In this document: positions 18,272-26,938 of the stretch, in pieces
Numbering within the stretch: position 1 is the first letter of the stretch
Layout: each line of letters opens with the position of its first letter
Virus record (IMG/VR): IMGVR_UViG_3300036985_004568
Location: 31,375 to 95,374 of that record
Source: a virus
Length of the DNA stretch: 64,000 bases
Direction: 5' to 3' (one strand)
Position numbers and translations under genes: made by a program
Notes under the pieces: model-generated
What the model was told of the DNA's origin: nothing
What the model saw: the letters and a program-made list of their open reading frames with translations, nothing else
The model's database searches: none

Positions 18272-18661
18272 ATGAAATTTAATAAAGTTAAAGATTCTGG
18301 TAAGCGGCAGTCCTTTAAATCCGGGGCAGTTAGAGATACAGCAGAAGGCAAAGGTAGGTATGACCTATTGCCTACAAGGGCCCTTAGAAGATTAGCAGAG
18401 CACTATGAAAATGGCGCAAAGAAGTATGGGGATGATAACTGGTTAAAAGGAATACCTCTTAAGCGCATGATGGACTCTGCTCTTCGCCATATGTTTAAAG
18501 CGCTAGAGGGAAAAGTAGATGAGGACCATTTAACTGCTGCTGCTTGGAATATTGTAGGCATAATCGAATTGCAGGAACGAATTGAAGAGGGAATGTTACC
18601 AAAAGAACTTGATAATCTTCCAAAGCAAAAGAAGGTAGTCAAGGAAAGTGGGAGAGATTAA
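18272..18661 (+). CDS. dATP/dGTP diphosphohydrolase-like (DUF5664-type) protein
   Basis: GAVRD..GKGRYDLLP, GAKKYG..NW.KG, SALRH, EDHL.AAAWN. Confidence 0.85.
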   Translation: MKFNKVKDSGKRQSFKSGAVRDTAEGKGRYDLLPTRALRRLAEHYENGAKKYGDDNWLKGIPLKRMMDSALRHMFKALEGKVDEDHLTAAAWNIVGIIELQERIEEGMLPKELDNLPKQKKVVKESGRD

Positions 18662-19087
18662 ATGTGGAAAAGGACTTATAAGGCTAGAACAAAGAAGAGT
18701 TATTTGAATGTGAAAGAGTGCCCCCCAAAGATTAATGAGGTCATTGGGTACCTATCAATGGACTTTGCTAAGAACAATCTATTGGAAAGGGATGATCTGG
18801 CCCAAGATTTATATTTACTCTACTTCTCCATGCTTAAGAAGCGCCCCGAGTTAGTCAACGCACAACCTGGTTACTTCTTTATTAAATTTAAGTGGTTCTT
18901 ACTTACTAAATGGAAGAAACGCATTAAGGACATTTGTAAAGAATGGGATTATAAACTCAGTAAACTTAGGGACTATGATATTCCATTAGATCCAGAAGAA
19001 CACAACTACTACGCTGAACAGGAGAAAGAGAAGAAACTCCAACCAAAGGTAAGACTTACTAAGAAGCGTAAACGCTACGGATTCTAG
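18662..19087 (+). CDS. Sigma-70/ECF region-2-like protein
   Basis: ERDDLAQDLYL..F and the downstream YF...K.FLL..WKK helix resemble sigma region 2.2-2.4. Confidence 0.55.
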   Translation: MWKRTYKARTKKSYLNVKECPPKINEVIGYLSMDFAKNNLLERDDLAQDLYLLYFSMLKKRPELVNAQPGYFFIKFKWFLLTKWKKRIKDICKEWDYKLSKLRDYDIPLDPEEHNYYAEQEKEKKLQPKVRLTKKRKRYGF

Positions 19088-19095
19088 GAGAGACT

Positions 19096-19374
19096 ATGGC
19101 ACATAATGAAGAGGTGGGTAACGTCGCTGCATATGAGTCAATGATGGCGCAAGTTAAGGAAGAACTTGGTGATACTATTTTTGTAATCGCGGAATTACTA
19201 AGTCATGGTTTAACTAAGCGAAAGGTGGCTAAGACCCTTAATATACCTTATCCAGAACTAAAACAGAAGGTTTTGCTTTTAAGAAAGTACTTTTCTAAAG
19301 AATATCATTTAGTGGGAGGTAAAAGTGGTGGAAAAAAGAAGCGTAGGACGGCCAAAAAAGGCGGATCAAAGTAA
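19096..19374 (+). CDS. Sigma region-4-like HTH protein
   Basis: L....VI.ELL..GLTKRKVAKTLNIP...LKQK...LR; own AGGAG RBS. Confidence 0.6.
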   Translation: MAHNEEVGNVAAYESMMAQVKEELGDTIFVIAELLSHGLTKRKVAKTLNIPYPELKQKVLLLRKYFSKEYHLVGGKSGGKKKRRTAKKGGSK

Positions 19375-19921
19375 ACGGTTATCAATAGCCCAGGAGTACC
19401 TCTTAAAGGGGTTTAAGGACCATGAGATAGTAGAAGAGATGGCTAAGTTATTCCCGGGTTATACTACTAATATGCTTGTTAGTGATAAGGAGACTATTAC
19501 AGCCAACTACATCAAGGCTGTTACGGAGAATAAATATTTATTGGCCAAGCAAGCAGAAACTATCATGAAGCACTTGGACCAGTTAGATATGATTAAAAAG
19601 AAGTTATGGGAGATTGAATCCAAGGCCAATGGGGACACTAAAGGGCAAATTGAGGCCCTAAAGACCCTATTGACAGAATTGGAACATGAGTCCAAGATAT
19701 TGAAACTTATTGATACCTCACATAAGATTATTAAGAACTACATCCATATTGATAAAATTAATATCTTAATGGAGAAGTTGACTGGAGTTATTAGAGAGTT
19801 CGTTCCAGAGGATAAACAACCATATGCTTTTCAGAGGATTAAGGACATGGGTTCTGTTTTGGACACGGAATGTACAGAGATTGCAGACCAAGTAGAAGCA
19901 GAAGAAGAGAAGGGTAGATAA
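19325..19921 (+). CDS. Putative terminase small subunit
   Basis: GRPKK, HTH-like segment and coiled coil; directly upstream of TerL. Confidence 0.65.
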   Translation: MVEKRSVGRPKKADQSKRLSIAQEYLLKGFKDHEIVEEMAKLFPGYTTNMLVSDKETITANYIKAVTENKYLLAKQAETIMKHLDQLDMIKKKLWEIESKANGDTKGQIEALKTLLTELEHESKILKLIDTSHKIIKNYIHIDKINILMEKLTGVIREFVPEDKQPYAFQRIKDMGSVLDTECTEIADQVEAEEEKGR

Positions 19922-19922
19922 T

Positions 19923-22139
19923 ATGGGTATAGGTAGCTCTTGGGAAAATTTCTTCGATAAACAGGCAAAGAACACAGCTGCTACAGCTAAGTTCATTGAA
20001 AAGCCCACTTCTCCTGAAGTATTCTTCAGGGACTGGATGGGACAACCCCTATTTCCTGAGCAGTTAAATCCTATTAATGCCATGTTTACTCCAGATCTTG
20101 AGAACCTCAATCCTGATATTAATGAGATTCTATTAATGTTTGGAGAAGGCGCTGGAAAAGACTTTCTATGTGAGCGCATGTTAATATATGTAGCTTATTG
20201 GTTACTGTGCCATAAGAGCCCACAAAAGTACTTAGGTAGGGCTGAAGGTACGCCTATCGACTTAGTAAATACTTCCGTAAATGAAGAACATGCATCCAAT
20301 GTATTCTTTGAGCAGTTCTGTGAGGCCGTAAAATTAGTTATTAATCCCATAACTGGAAAGAATTGGTTTGAAGAACAAGGTATGGATATCCGTTCTGGTA
20401 GGGATATACTCACAACTAAAGTAAGGTTTCCAAAAAATATCACCGCCTATAGTTGTAACAGTGTTAAATACACCGCTGAAGGAAAGAACGTATTAATTGG
20501 AATCCTCGACGAGATCGCAGAATTCAAGTATGATAGGGCTAAATCATTATACACCAACCTTAAAGCTACCGCTACTTCCCGCTTCCCAAACTACCATAAG
20601 ATAATTTTAATATCTTATTTAAGAGACCAGTATGATTTTATGAACAGTCACTGGAACGAGATGGAGGCTTTACCAGAATCTTTGCGTAGGAAGGTATATA
20701 TGTCAAAAAAGGCTACTTGGGAAGTGAACCTAATGGTCTCTAAGGCAGATTATGCAGATGCATACGCACAGGATCCAGAAGACTCGGCAAGAAGATATGA
20801 AAATATTATGCCTAGTAAAACTGGCCAGAAGTTTATAAAGAACGGAATTAAGATTACTAATGCTGTATATGACTTTGATGGTTCTCCCATTATATCGGAA
20901 ACTCCCCATGTTAGTACTAATATAAATGAGGAGACCCTGCAGGTTTGGTTTAAGGCGTTTTATATTAAAGAAATTTATAGATTGGAGCAGGAATTAGCCC
21001 TAAGTCCCAACAGTGCAGAATTAAGGGCTAAAATTGATGCATTAAAAGATAACCATAGTGGTGCTAATTATTATATTCATATTGACTTGGCAAAAGGTGC
21101 AGTTGACTATGCTGGGTTTTGTATGTTGCATACTTATCAGAAGACTGAGTCCCAGATTGGATATTACACCGATCTAATCGTACAGTTACAGCCGGATGGC
21201 AATGAGATAAATTTTGAGCAGATAAGGGAATTTATTTTTAAATTACAAAGTATGGGATTTCCAATCGCTAAGGTCTCACTAGATGGGTGGTCCTGTCAAT
21301 TAGGTACAAATAAAATAAAATTACTTAATGGCACCACTAAAAGAGTTGACGAAGTAACTCAAAAAGAATGGATTTATGCTTTTGATTCCTCCACTAATAG
21401 GATTGTCCCTGCTGAATGTAATCCTGCACGGAAAACTGGGGAAAATATAGGTTGTTATGGGTTACTTTTAGATAATGGAGAACAGGCTTCGTTTACCGCA
21501 GAACATAAAATTTTAATGTTAAATGGGACTTATAAAAGAGTAATAGATTTAATCCCAGGAGACCAAATAAGGCCTTTAGAATTTAGGGAAAAGAATATTT
21601 GGGGTGGGGGAAGTACTTATTTACAAGTCCACCAACCCTCAAATAAAACTAAAAAATGGCAATTTGTCCATAAAATTGTATCAATTACTTATATTGGTAA
21701 AAAGGATGTATATGATTTAGAAGTACCTAATTATCATAATGTTGGCCTAGAGTGTGGAATATTTGCACATAATTCAACAGATTTTATGCAATTATTGGAT
21801 AAAAGGGGAATTCCATGTGAACTAGTGTCTCTAGATCGCACTATGCAGCCTTATAATACTTTAAAGGATTTATTATACCAGGAGATACTTGAATATTATT
21901 ATAACCCTATACTACTTAGGGAGTTAAATGAACTACAGATTATAAATAACAAGGTAGATCATCCTAAAGAAAGTACAGAAAGGTTAAAGGAAGAGGGTAA
22001 AAGACTGGGTTCCAAAGACCTTGCTGACTCCTTGGCCGGTGCTGTATTTACTGCATCTTCTGCGGGTGGTTCCGGTTCAGGTTGTGTGGTAGAATTAGTG
22101 CCGGAAGAGGCCGAAGATAAGTTGGATAAACTCTTTTAG
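19923..22139 (+). CDS. Terminase large subunit with mini-intein
   Basis: Walker A GEGAGKD, Walker B GILDE, nuclease IHIDLA, SLDG, KVDHP..SKDLADS. Confidence 0.92.
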   Translation: MGIGSSWENFFDKQAKNTAATAKFIEKPTSPEVFFRDWMGQPLFPEQLNPINAMFTPDLENLNPDINEILLMFGEGAGKDFLCERMLIYVAYWLLCHKSPQKYLGRAEGTPIDLVNTSVNEEHASNVFFEQFCEAVKLVINPITGKNWFEEQGMDIRSGRDILTTKVRFPKNITAYSCNSVKYTAEGKNVLIGILDEIAEFKYDRAKSLYTNLKATATSRFPNYHKIILISYLRDQYDFMNSHWNEMEALPESLRRKVYMSKKATWEVNLMVSKADYADAYAQDPEDSARRYENIMPSKTGQKFIKNGIKITNAVYDFDGSPIISETPHVSTNINEETLQVWFKAFYIKEIYRLEQELALSPNSAELRAKIDALKDNHSGANYYIHIDLAKGAVDYAGFCMLHTYQKTESQIGYYTDLIVQLQPDGNEINFEQIREFIFKLQSMGFPIAKVSLDGWSCQLGTNKIKLLNGTTKRVDEVTQKEWIYAFDSSTNRIVPAECNPARKTGENIGCYGLLLDNGEQASFTAEHKILMLNGTYKRVIDLIPGDQIRPLEFREKNIWGGGSTYLQVHQPSNKTKKWQFVHKIVSITYIGKKDVYDLEVPNYHNVGLECGIFAHNSTDFMQLLDKRGIPCELVSLDRTMQPYNTLKDLLYQEILEYYYNPILLRELNELQIINNKVDHPKESTERLKEEGKRLGSKDLADSLAGAVFTASSAGGSGSGCVVELVPEEAEDKLDKLF
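21294..21773 (+). mobile_element. Mini-intein (160 aa, no intact endonuclease)
   Basis: CQLGTNKIKLLNG, TAEHK, VYDLEV..HN....IFAHN followed by Ser. Confidence 0.93.
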
Positions 22140-22156
22140 ATTGAGGTATTTAGGTA

Positions 22157-22165
22157 GTTTTCAAT
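22157..22165 (+). promoter_or_regulatory. GTTTTCAAT motif upstream of portal (putative late promoter)
   Basis: Same 9-mer recurs in sense orientation upstream of several structural genes. Confidence 0.5.
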
Positions 22166-22200
22166 ATTACAGACAATAATATTATAATAGGAGGTTTAAT

Positions 22201-23490
22201 ATGTGGTATAATTTATTCGGAGTATTCCATAAAAAGACTGAGGCGCCTCTTGCAGAAGTTGAGTCCCCTGCTATTTCAGAAGGGGTTGCCTATGTTGCGC
22301 CTGAGGAGAGGTCTTTATCTGCAGACCAACTTTCTACTTTATATCTAACCAATTCTTGGGTACGTAAGTACATAGATATTATAGTTAGCGGTTGTCTAAA
22401 GTATAAATTACAGGCAGTTCCTGCACCTGGGGTTAATGCGGCTGTTGCTACAGCCCACATGCAAGAAGTAAACACCTTCTTATCCTATGCAAACGAGGTT
22501 GAGACATTTGGAGATGTTAGGGGTAAATATCTTAAAGATCTTTTGTTATTTGGTAATGGTGCTTTAGAATGCCAACCAAAAACAGGTACTGCAATCAAGT
22601 TCTTATATGCGGCTCCGGGATATCTATTAAGAGCTAAATTTGATGCTTATGGTAACCTTGCTAAGGCAGGTTGCTATGCATTTATGGATCCTAAAACAGG
22701 AGTAGAGAGTGAAACAACCTATGGCCAGGAAGACCTGGTACATTTTAAATTAGACCAATTAAGTGACCATTTCTACGGATCTTCTCCAATTGCATCCGCT
22801 TATAAGGAGTTAAATGCTGATACTAAGGCCCTTAAAGAGATGGAACGTGGAGATTTTGGTATTTCCCCCCAGGTATTAGGATTTCCTAAGCAGACAAAGA
22901 CCTGGATTTCTACCGTTATGACAAGTATCCAGTCGGTTATTACTGGTAAGGGTGGTAATAAGGTGGTGAGTGTAAATACTGACGATATTAAAAAGATTGC
23001 TTTATCTGATAAGACCTATAAGGATGAGTTTGAATTTCAGAAGTGGCTTGTACAGAGGCACAATGTCTTTGGTATCCCTCCCTTTAAGCTGGGATTTGTA
23101 GATTCTACCGGATCTATGTCTGCTAGGGAGCAGAGAGAAGAATTTCAGTCCCTTATTTGGACATTAGTGACCTATGAGTGTGAAAAGTTAACTTTAATAC
23201 TATGTCGTTTACGTCTAAAGTATGAGGATGTTATTATTACATCCCCGGAACTTATTACACGGTTGGATTTTGATAAAGCCCGCGTCCTTGACCGTTTAGT
23301 AATGTCTGGTATTATCACTCCTAATGAGGCCCGAGTTAAATATCTTGGCCTTGATGCAATATTGGATAAGAACGCAGATAAACTCTATATGAAAAAGAGT
23401 TTGGATGTTGAGGTAGATCCTAAAGTTACTGAATTGGAAGATAAGAAGAGTAAACTTATAGAAAAATTACTAGAAGAACATAAGGATTAA
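22201..23490 (+). CDS. Portal protein
   Basis: Follows TerL; DLLLFGNG, VHFK..FYGSSPI, VFGIPPFKLG, GIITPNEAR..LGL. Confidence 0.93.
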   Translation: MWYNLFGVFHKKTEAPLAEVESPAISEGVAYVAPEERSLSADQLSTLYLTNSWVRKYIDIIVSGCLKYKLQAVPAPGVNAAVATAHMQEVNTFLSYANEVETFGDVRGKYLKDLLLFGNGALECQPKTGTAIKFLYAAPGYLLRAKFDAYGNLAKAGCYAFMDPKTGVESETTYGQEDLVHFKLDQLSDHFYGSSPIASAYKELNADTKALKEMERGDFGISPQVLGFPKQTKTWISTVMTSIQSVITGKGGNKVVSVNTDDIKKIALSDKTYKDEFEFQKWLVQRHNVFGIPPFKLGFVDSTGSMSAREQREEFQSLIWTLVTYECEKLTLILCRLRLKYEDVIITSPELITRLDFDKARVLDRLVMSGIITPNEARVKYLGLDAILDKNADKLYMKKSLDVEVDPKVTELEDKKSKLIEKLLEEHKD

Positions 23491-23501
23491 TAGGAGGAAT
23501 C

Positions 23502-23801
23502 ATGGAGTTATTTTCTAATCCAGAATTAACAGAACAAATCACGGGACTTGAGGTTGAGTTAGGCATTGTTCCTGCTGGTGAATCTAAGACCTATACCTTT
23601 TTCCTATATAATGAACAAGATTGTCAGTTAACTAATATACAGGTTAAGGTTAGGCATCCTGAAGTCACTATTGTTAGGGCTCCCCAAACACTCGAAGCAA
23701 AGTCCTCTGGAGCTATAGAGGTGAAATGGGAAGCTTCAGTTACAGTTAAACAGGGGCTGCATACTCCCATTGAGATATTTGCTGATGAACTCTGGAGATA
23801 A
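23502..23801 (+). CDS. Ig-like domain protein
   Basis: LGIVPAGESKTYTFFLYN..LTNI.V...P.TL.A.SS..I.V.W. Confidence 0.7.
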   Translation: MELFSNPELTEQITGLEVELGIVPAGESKTYTFFLYNEQDCQLTNIQVKVRHPEVTIVRAPQTLEAKSSGAIEVKWEASVTVKQGLHTPIEIFADELWR

Positions 23802-23803
23802 AT

Positions 23804-24901
23804 ATGATATTACGTCAAACAGAATATAATAACTGGAGAGGGGCATGGGATTCTGAAAGAGCCTATATAGTTTATGATATTATTGAATATAACGGTTCTG
23901 CCTATGTTTGTATTAAACAACATGCCGATCAAGTTCCTCCAAATTTAACTTATTGGAATTTATTAGCTGAAGGACAAATAGGTCCGCAAGGACCTCAGGG
24001 GGAAATTGGTAGTCAGGGGCCCCAAGGCTTTCAAGGCAACCAAGGACTTACTGGAGATACCGGTGACCAAGGTGGAGTTGGTGAGCAGGGCCCTATGGGA
24101 CCACAAGGACACCAAGGCTTCCAAGGTTGGCAGGGCTATCAAGGAATTAAAGGGGACACTGGTGATCAAGGTGGACAGGGATTTCAAGGAGAAGAAGGAG
24201 AGATTGGTCCTCAAGGTGATGCTGGAATACAAGGACCACAAGGCAATCAAGGGTTTCAAGGTAACCAAGGGCCACAGGGAAGTACCGGAAGTCAAGGTGC
24301 AACAGGATCCCAAGGACCACAAGGTGTGGCTGGTTCTACAGGCCCGCAAGGAACTCAAGGTGTACAAGGGGCAGTTGGTAGTCAAGGAAATCAGGGCAAT
24401 CAAGGTAACCAGGGCGCACAAGGACCCAATCAGGTCTCTACGTCTACAGCAACTAATATTACCGGAATACTTAAGGGGAATGGAGCAAATGTTTTAGCTG
24501 CTACCCCGAGTACTGATTATCTGGTCCCTAATGATATTCAGAGCGCCTTTGCTGAGTCTCTTGGTGTATCCACATCTACCTCAGCAGTATATGCACAAAA
24601 ATTAAGATTATCTTTTACACCTACTACATCTGGTAATTATTTACTAATTTGGTCGTGTGAGACTGTGAACTCAAATGGCGGTGGTACTATTGTATATATT
24701 CAAGTTCAGCAGAATGATACTACTAACTTAGCCGGAGAGTTTGTACATGAGGTATGGACTGGTAATTTATATGAAGCCCAAGCAGGTTCTGCTGTGGTGG
24801 CCTTGACTGCTGGTGTAGCTCAAACATTTGATATGGACTGGAGACGCTCTGCAAATAATGGGCGCATTCGTGATGCTAGAATGGCAATACAAAAACTTTA
24901 A
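23804..24901 (+). CDS. Collagen-like fibre protein with N-terminal CBM5/12-like module
   Basis: WRGAW..Y.V.D.IEYNGSAYVC..P...YW module; long G-X-Q run; beta-rich C-terminus. Confidence 0.85.
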   Translation: MILRQTEYNNWRGAWDSERAYIVYDIIEYNGSAYVCIKQHADQVPPNLTYWNLLAEGQIGPQGPQGEIGSQGPQGFQGNQGLTGDTGDQGGVGEQGPMGPQGHQGFQGWQGYQGIKGDTGDQGGQGFQGEEGEIGPQGDAGIQGPQGNQGFQGNQGPQGSTGSQGATGSQGPQGVAGSTGPQGTQGVQGAVGSQGNQGNQGNQGAQGPNQVSTSTATNITGILKGNGANVLAATPSTDYLVPNDIQSAFAESLGVSTSTSAVYAQKLRLSFTPTTSGNYLLIWSCETVNSNGGGTIVYIQVQQNDTTNLAGEFVHEVWTGNLYEAQAGSAVVALTAGVAQTFDMDWRRSANNGRIRDARMAIQKL

Positions 24902-24910
24902 GGAGTTAAC

Positions 24911-25117
24911 ATGACTTATACTTATACTTTAGTTTCTGAATCCCCGGATCTAGATTTTATTCACATACAAGTAGCAAGTTCTCTTATGGTTGATAAGCAA
25001 ATTGATTATTGTAGGTATGATGAAGATTTATGTCTGCTTCAGGTGATCTTTATTAATGAATTATCAGTGGAAGATAAGGCTATCCTTGATCAGATTGTAA
25101 CACAACTACCTATTTAA
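24911..25117 (+). CDS. Small hypothetical protein (possible fibre chaperone)
   Basis: AAGGAG RBS; follows the fibre gene. Confidence 0.65.
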   Translation: MTYTYTLVSESPDLDFIHIQVASSLMVDKQIDYCRYDEDLCLLQVIFINELSVEDKAILDQIVTQLPI

Positions 25118-25119
25118 CT

Positions 25120-25707
25120 ATGAAAAATATTATTGTTAATACAGCTGCCATCTTTGATCTGGTTCTTCTCGGAACTGATGGTAAAAAAGTTGAAGGCCTG
25201 GATATTCTTTATGAAATCAGAAGGGCCGATGACAATTCCTTAAGTGATACCGGGATAATGGGGGAAGAATCAGGGAGATATTTTGTAACAATTAACTTAT
25301 CTGTTAAAGCACAGTATGTTATGTTTTATACTACACCTGAGGGTTATGAGGACGGTATGGAGGATTTTGCGGTTATAGATGAGCAAGCCAAAGAGTCCTC
25401 TGTCCAAGCCATTTCTACAAAAATAGACCTTTTAGCGGGAACTTTAACTTCTATAATTAATTCTTTAACTTCACACAGGGGATTAACTGAAGATCGTTTA
25501 GCTAGAATACTTGGATTAGTACAGGAAAATTTTAGAATTACTTCCCCTGTATATGATACTCTAGGAAACTTAATTAGTAGTGTTACCAAAATTTATGCAT
25601 CAGCTTCTGATTGCAATGCAGATATAAATCCTATTGCTACCTATTCGGTTGCGGGTTCTTATGATTCCACTAATAAACTTCTAACTTATAAAGTAACCAA
25701 AAACTAA
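25120..25707 (+). CDS. Putative virion protein (Ig-like N-terminus, helical linker)
   Basis: Operon position; beta-rich N-terminus; RILGLVQEN..YD..GNL. Confidence 0.65.
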   Translation: MKNIIVNTAAIFDLVLLGTDGKKVEGLDILYEIRRADDNSLSDTGIMGEESGRYFVTINLSVKAQYVMFYTTPEGYEDGMEDFAVIDEQAKESSVQAISTKIDLLAGTLTSIINSLTSHRGLTEDRLARILGLVQENFRITSPVYDTLGNLISSVTKIYASASDCNADINPIATYSVAGSYDSTNKLLTYKVTKN

Positions 25708-25708
25708 C

Positions 25709-26482
25709 ATGCCTGATCCTGAAGATCCAATACCTCCTCCTGATGAAGACGATGATTTAGGTGGTCATGCTAGACATCGTACCCCACCAAATCAACCTAC
25801 TGTTAAATCTGTTGTTTTAGCGGGAGTTGGCTTATTTAAAAATGTCCTTTCTGCTATTACTAGGGGATTATTGTCCCCAAAAGAACTTCCAGTTGGGGAA
25901 GAGCCAATTGGAGGGGGTGGAAAACGGAGGAAAAAGTCACAAAAGACCCCTTATTTCCCTGGAAGGATAGTTCCACAGAGTAAAAAGTATAAACTTACGG
26001 GAACTAAGAAATTTCCCTTCCATTTCAAGGCTTTTGTGCTTGGAAAACTGAAGATAAGAGTTAAAGCGAAGACTAAGGTGCGGGGAACCTTACTTGCCCC
26101 TACGAGCCTCCTAGCGCAAATAACGGGTATTAAGCTATTTAAGAAGATGCTTAGGGCGCTTATTGGTGGTACAAAATTGACAAGAACGTTGACAAGAATA
26201 CGTATTTTTGGAGTTAAGTTATTTGCTTCCAAGAGGTTATGGTTTGTCAAGGGGATTAAATCCTTTACTTACCAAGTACGGCAGATCCTTAGAGGTACCA
26301 AGTCATTCTCCAACTTTAACAAGTATATCTTAGTAGGAATTAAAATCTTTAGTACCAAGGTAAAATTAACCCTAAAAGGAACAATATTTAAAGCAATTAA
26401 ATGTTTAAAGCAATTGAGGGGTAAAAAGGATTTTAAGAAGTTTTTATTTGCTTTGGGGATATTTGAAAAGAAGAAACGCTAA
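25709..26482 (+). CDS. Highly basic protein with about eleven 14-residue repeats
   Basis: Periodic hxG(T/I/V/K)K motif; acidic Pro-rich N-terminus. Confidence 0.7.
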   Translation: MPDPEDPIPPPDEDDDLGGHARHRTPPNQPTVKSVVLAGVGLFKNVLSAITRGLLSPKELPVGEEPIGGGGKRRKKSQKTPYFPGRIVPQSKKYKLTGTKKFPFHFKAFVLGKLKIRVKAKTKVRGTLLAPTSLLAQITGIKLFKKMLRALIGGTKLTRTLTRIRIFGVKLFASKRLWFVKGIKSFTYQVRQILRGTKSFSNFNKYILVGIKIFSTKVKLTLKGTIFKAIKCLKQLRGKKDFKKFLFALGIFEKKKR

Positions 26483-26935
26483 TCCGAAGATCCAACCAAT
26501 TCCCAGTTCAGTTACCCACACATTTATTTCAAATCTCACCATAAAGTAATTTACTAAACATAATAGTAGGGTAAACATAAAATAGGTATACCAGTCTTTG
26601 GTATGATAAGCAATGGGTAAGAAAGCAATAAGCCCGTAAACTAATCCACATAGCGTACGGGCCTGCACATTTGTTAATCCTAGAACATGCTGAAAGATTG
26701 AGTTTTCCCCATATCCTAAACGTATAATTAGTGCTGTAATAATAGATAAAATTCCAATAATCCAATTCTTAGAGTTAAAGCCAAACACAATACCACATAA
26801 AATAGGAATTATTGTATCTCTCCATCCTACCCAAGGCCACGGATTTGGATTAATTAGACCAGGGCCCCAACCCCCTAAACGCCACAGGGGGCCACATGCC
26901 AACCATAAGCATATATTAAAGACAATTTTCCACAT
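26444..26935 (-). CDS. Multi-TM membrane protein
   Basis: Several hydrophobic helices; last gene of the minus operon, overlapping the convergent gene by 39 nt. Confidence 0.75.
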   Translation of the reverse strand: MWKIVFNICLWLACGPLWRLGGWGPGLINPNPWPWVGWRDTIIPILCGIVFGFNSKNWIIGILSIITALIIRLGYGENSIFQHVLGLTNVQARTLCGLVYGLIAFLPIAYHTKDWYTYFMFTLLLCLVNYFMVRFEINVWVTELGIGWIFGLAFLLFKYPQSK

Positions 26936-26938
26936 AGT

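Noticed and set aside
670-18661. Z-genome (2-aminoadenine) system
   Set aside because: HD and DUF5664-type hydrolases are present, but no PurZ is in the window, so it cannot be claimed from this sequence.
19085-19098. TAG readthrough or recoded genetic code joining the two sigma halves
   Set aside because: The ORFs are out of frame (offset 434 nt). TAG and TGA end genes cleanly elsewhere and long genes are intact in code 11.
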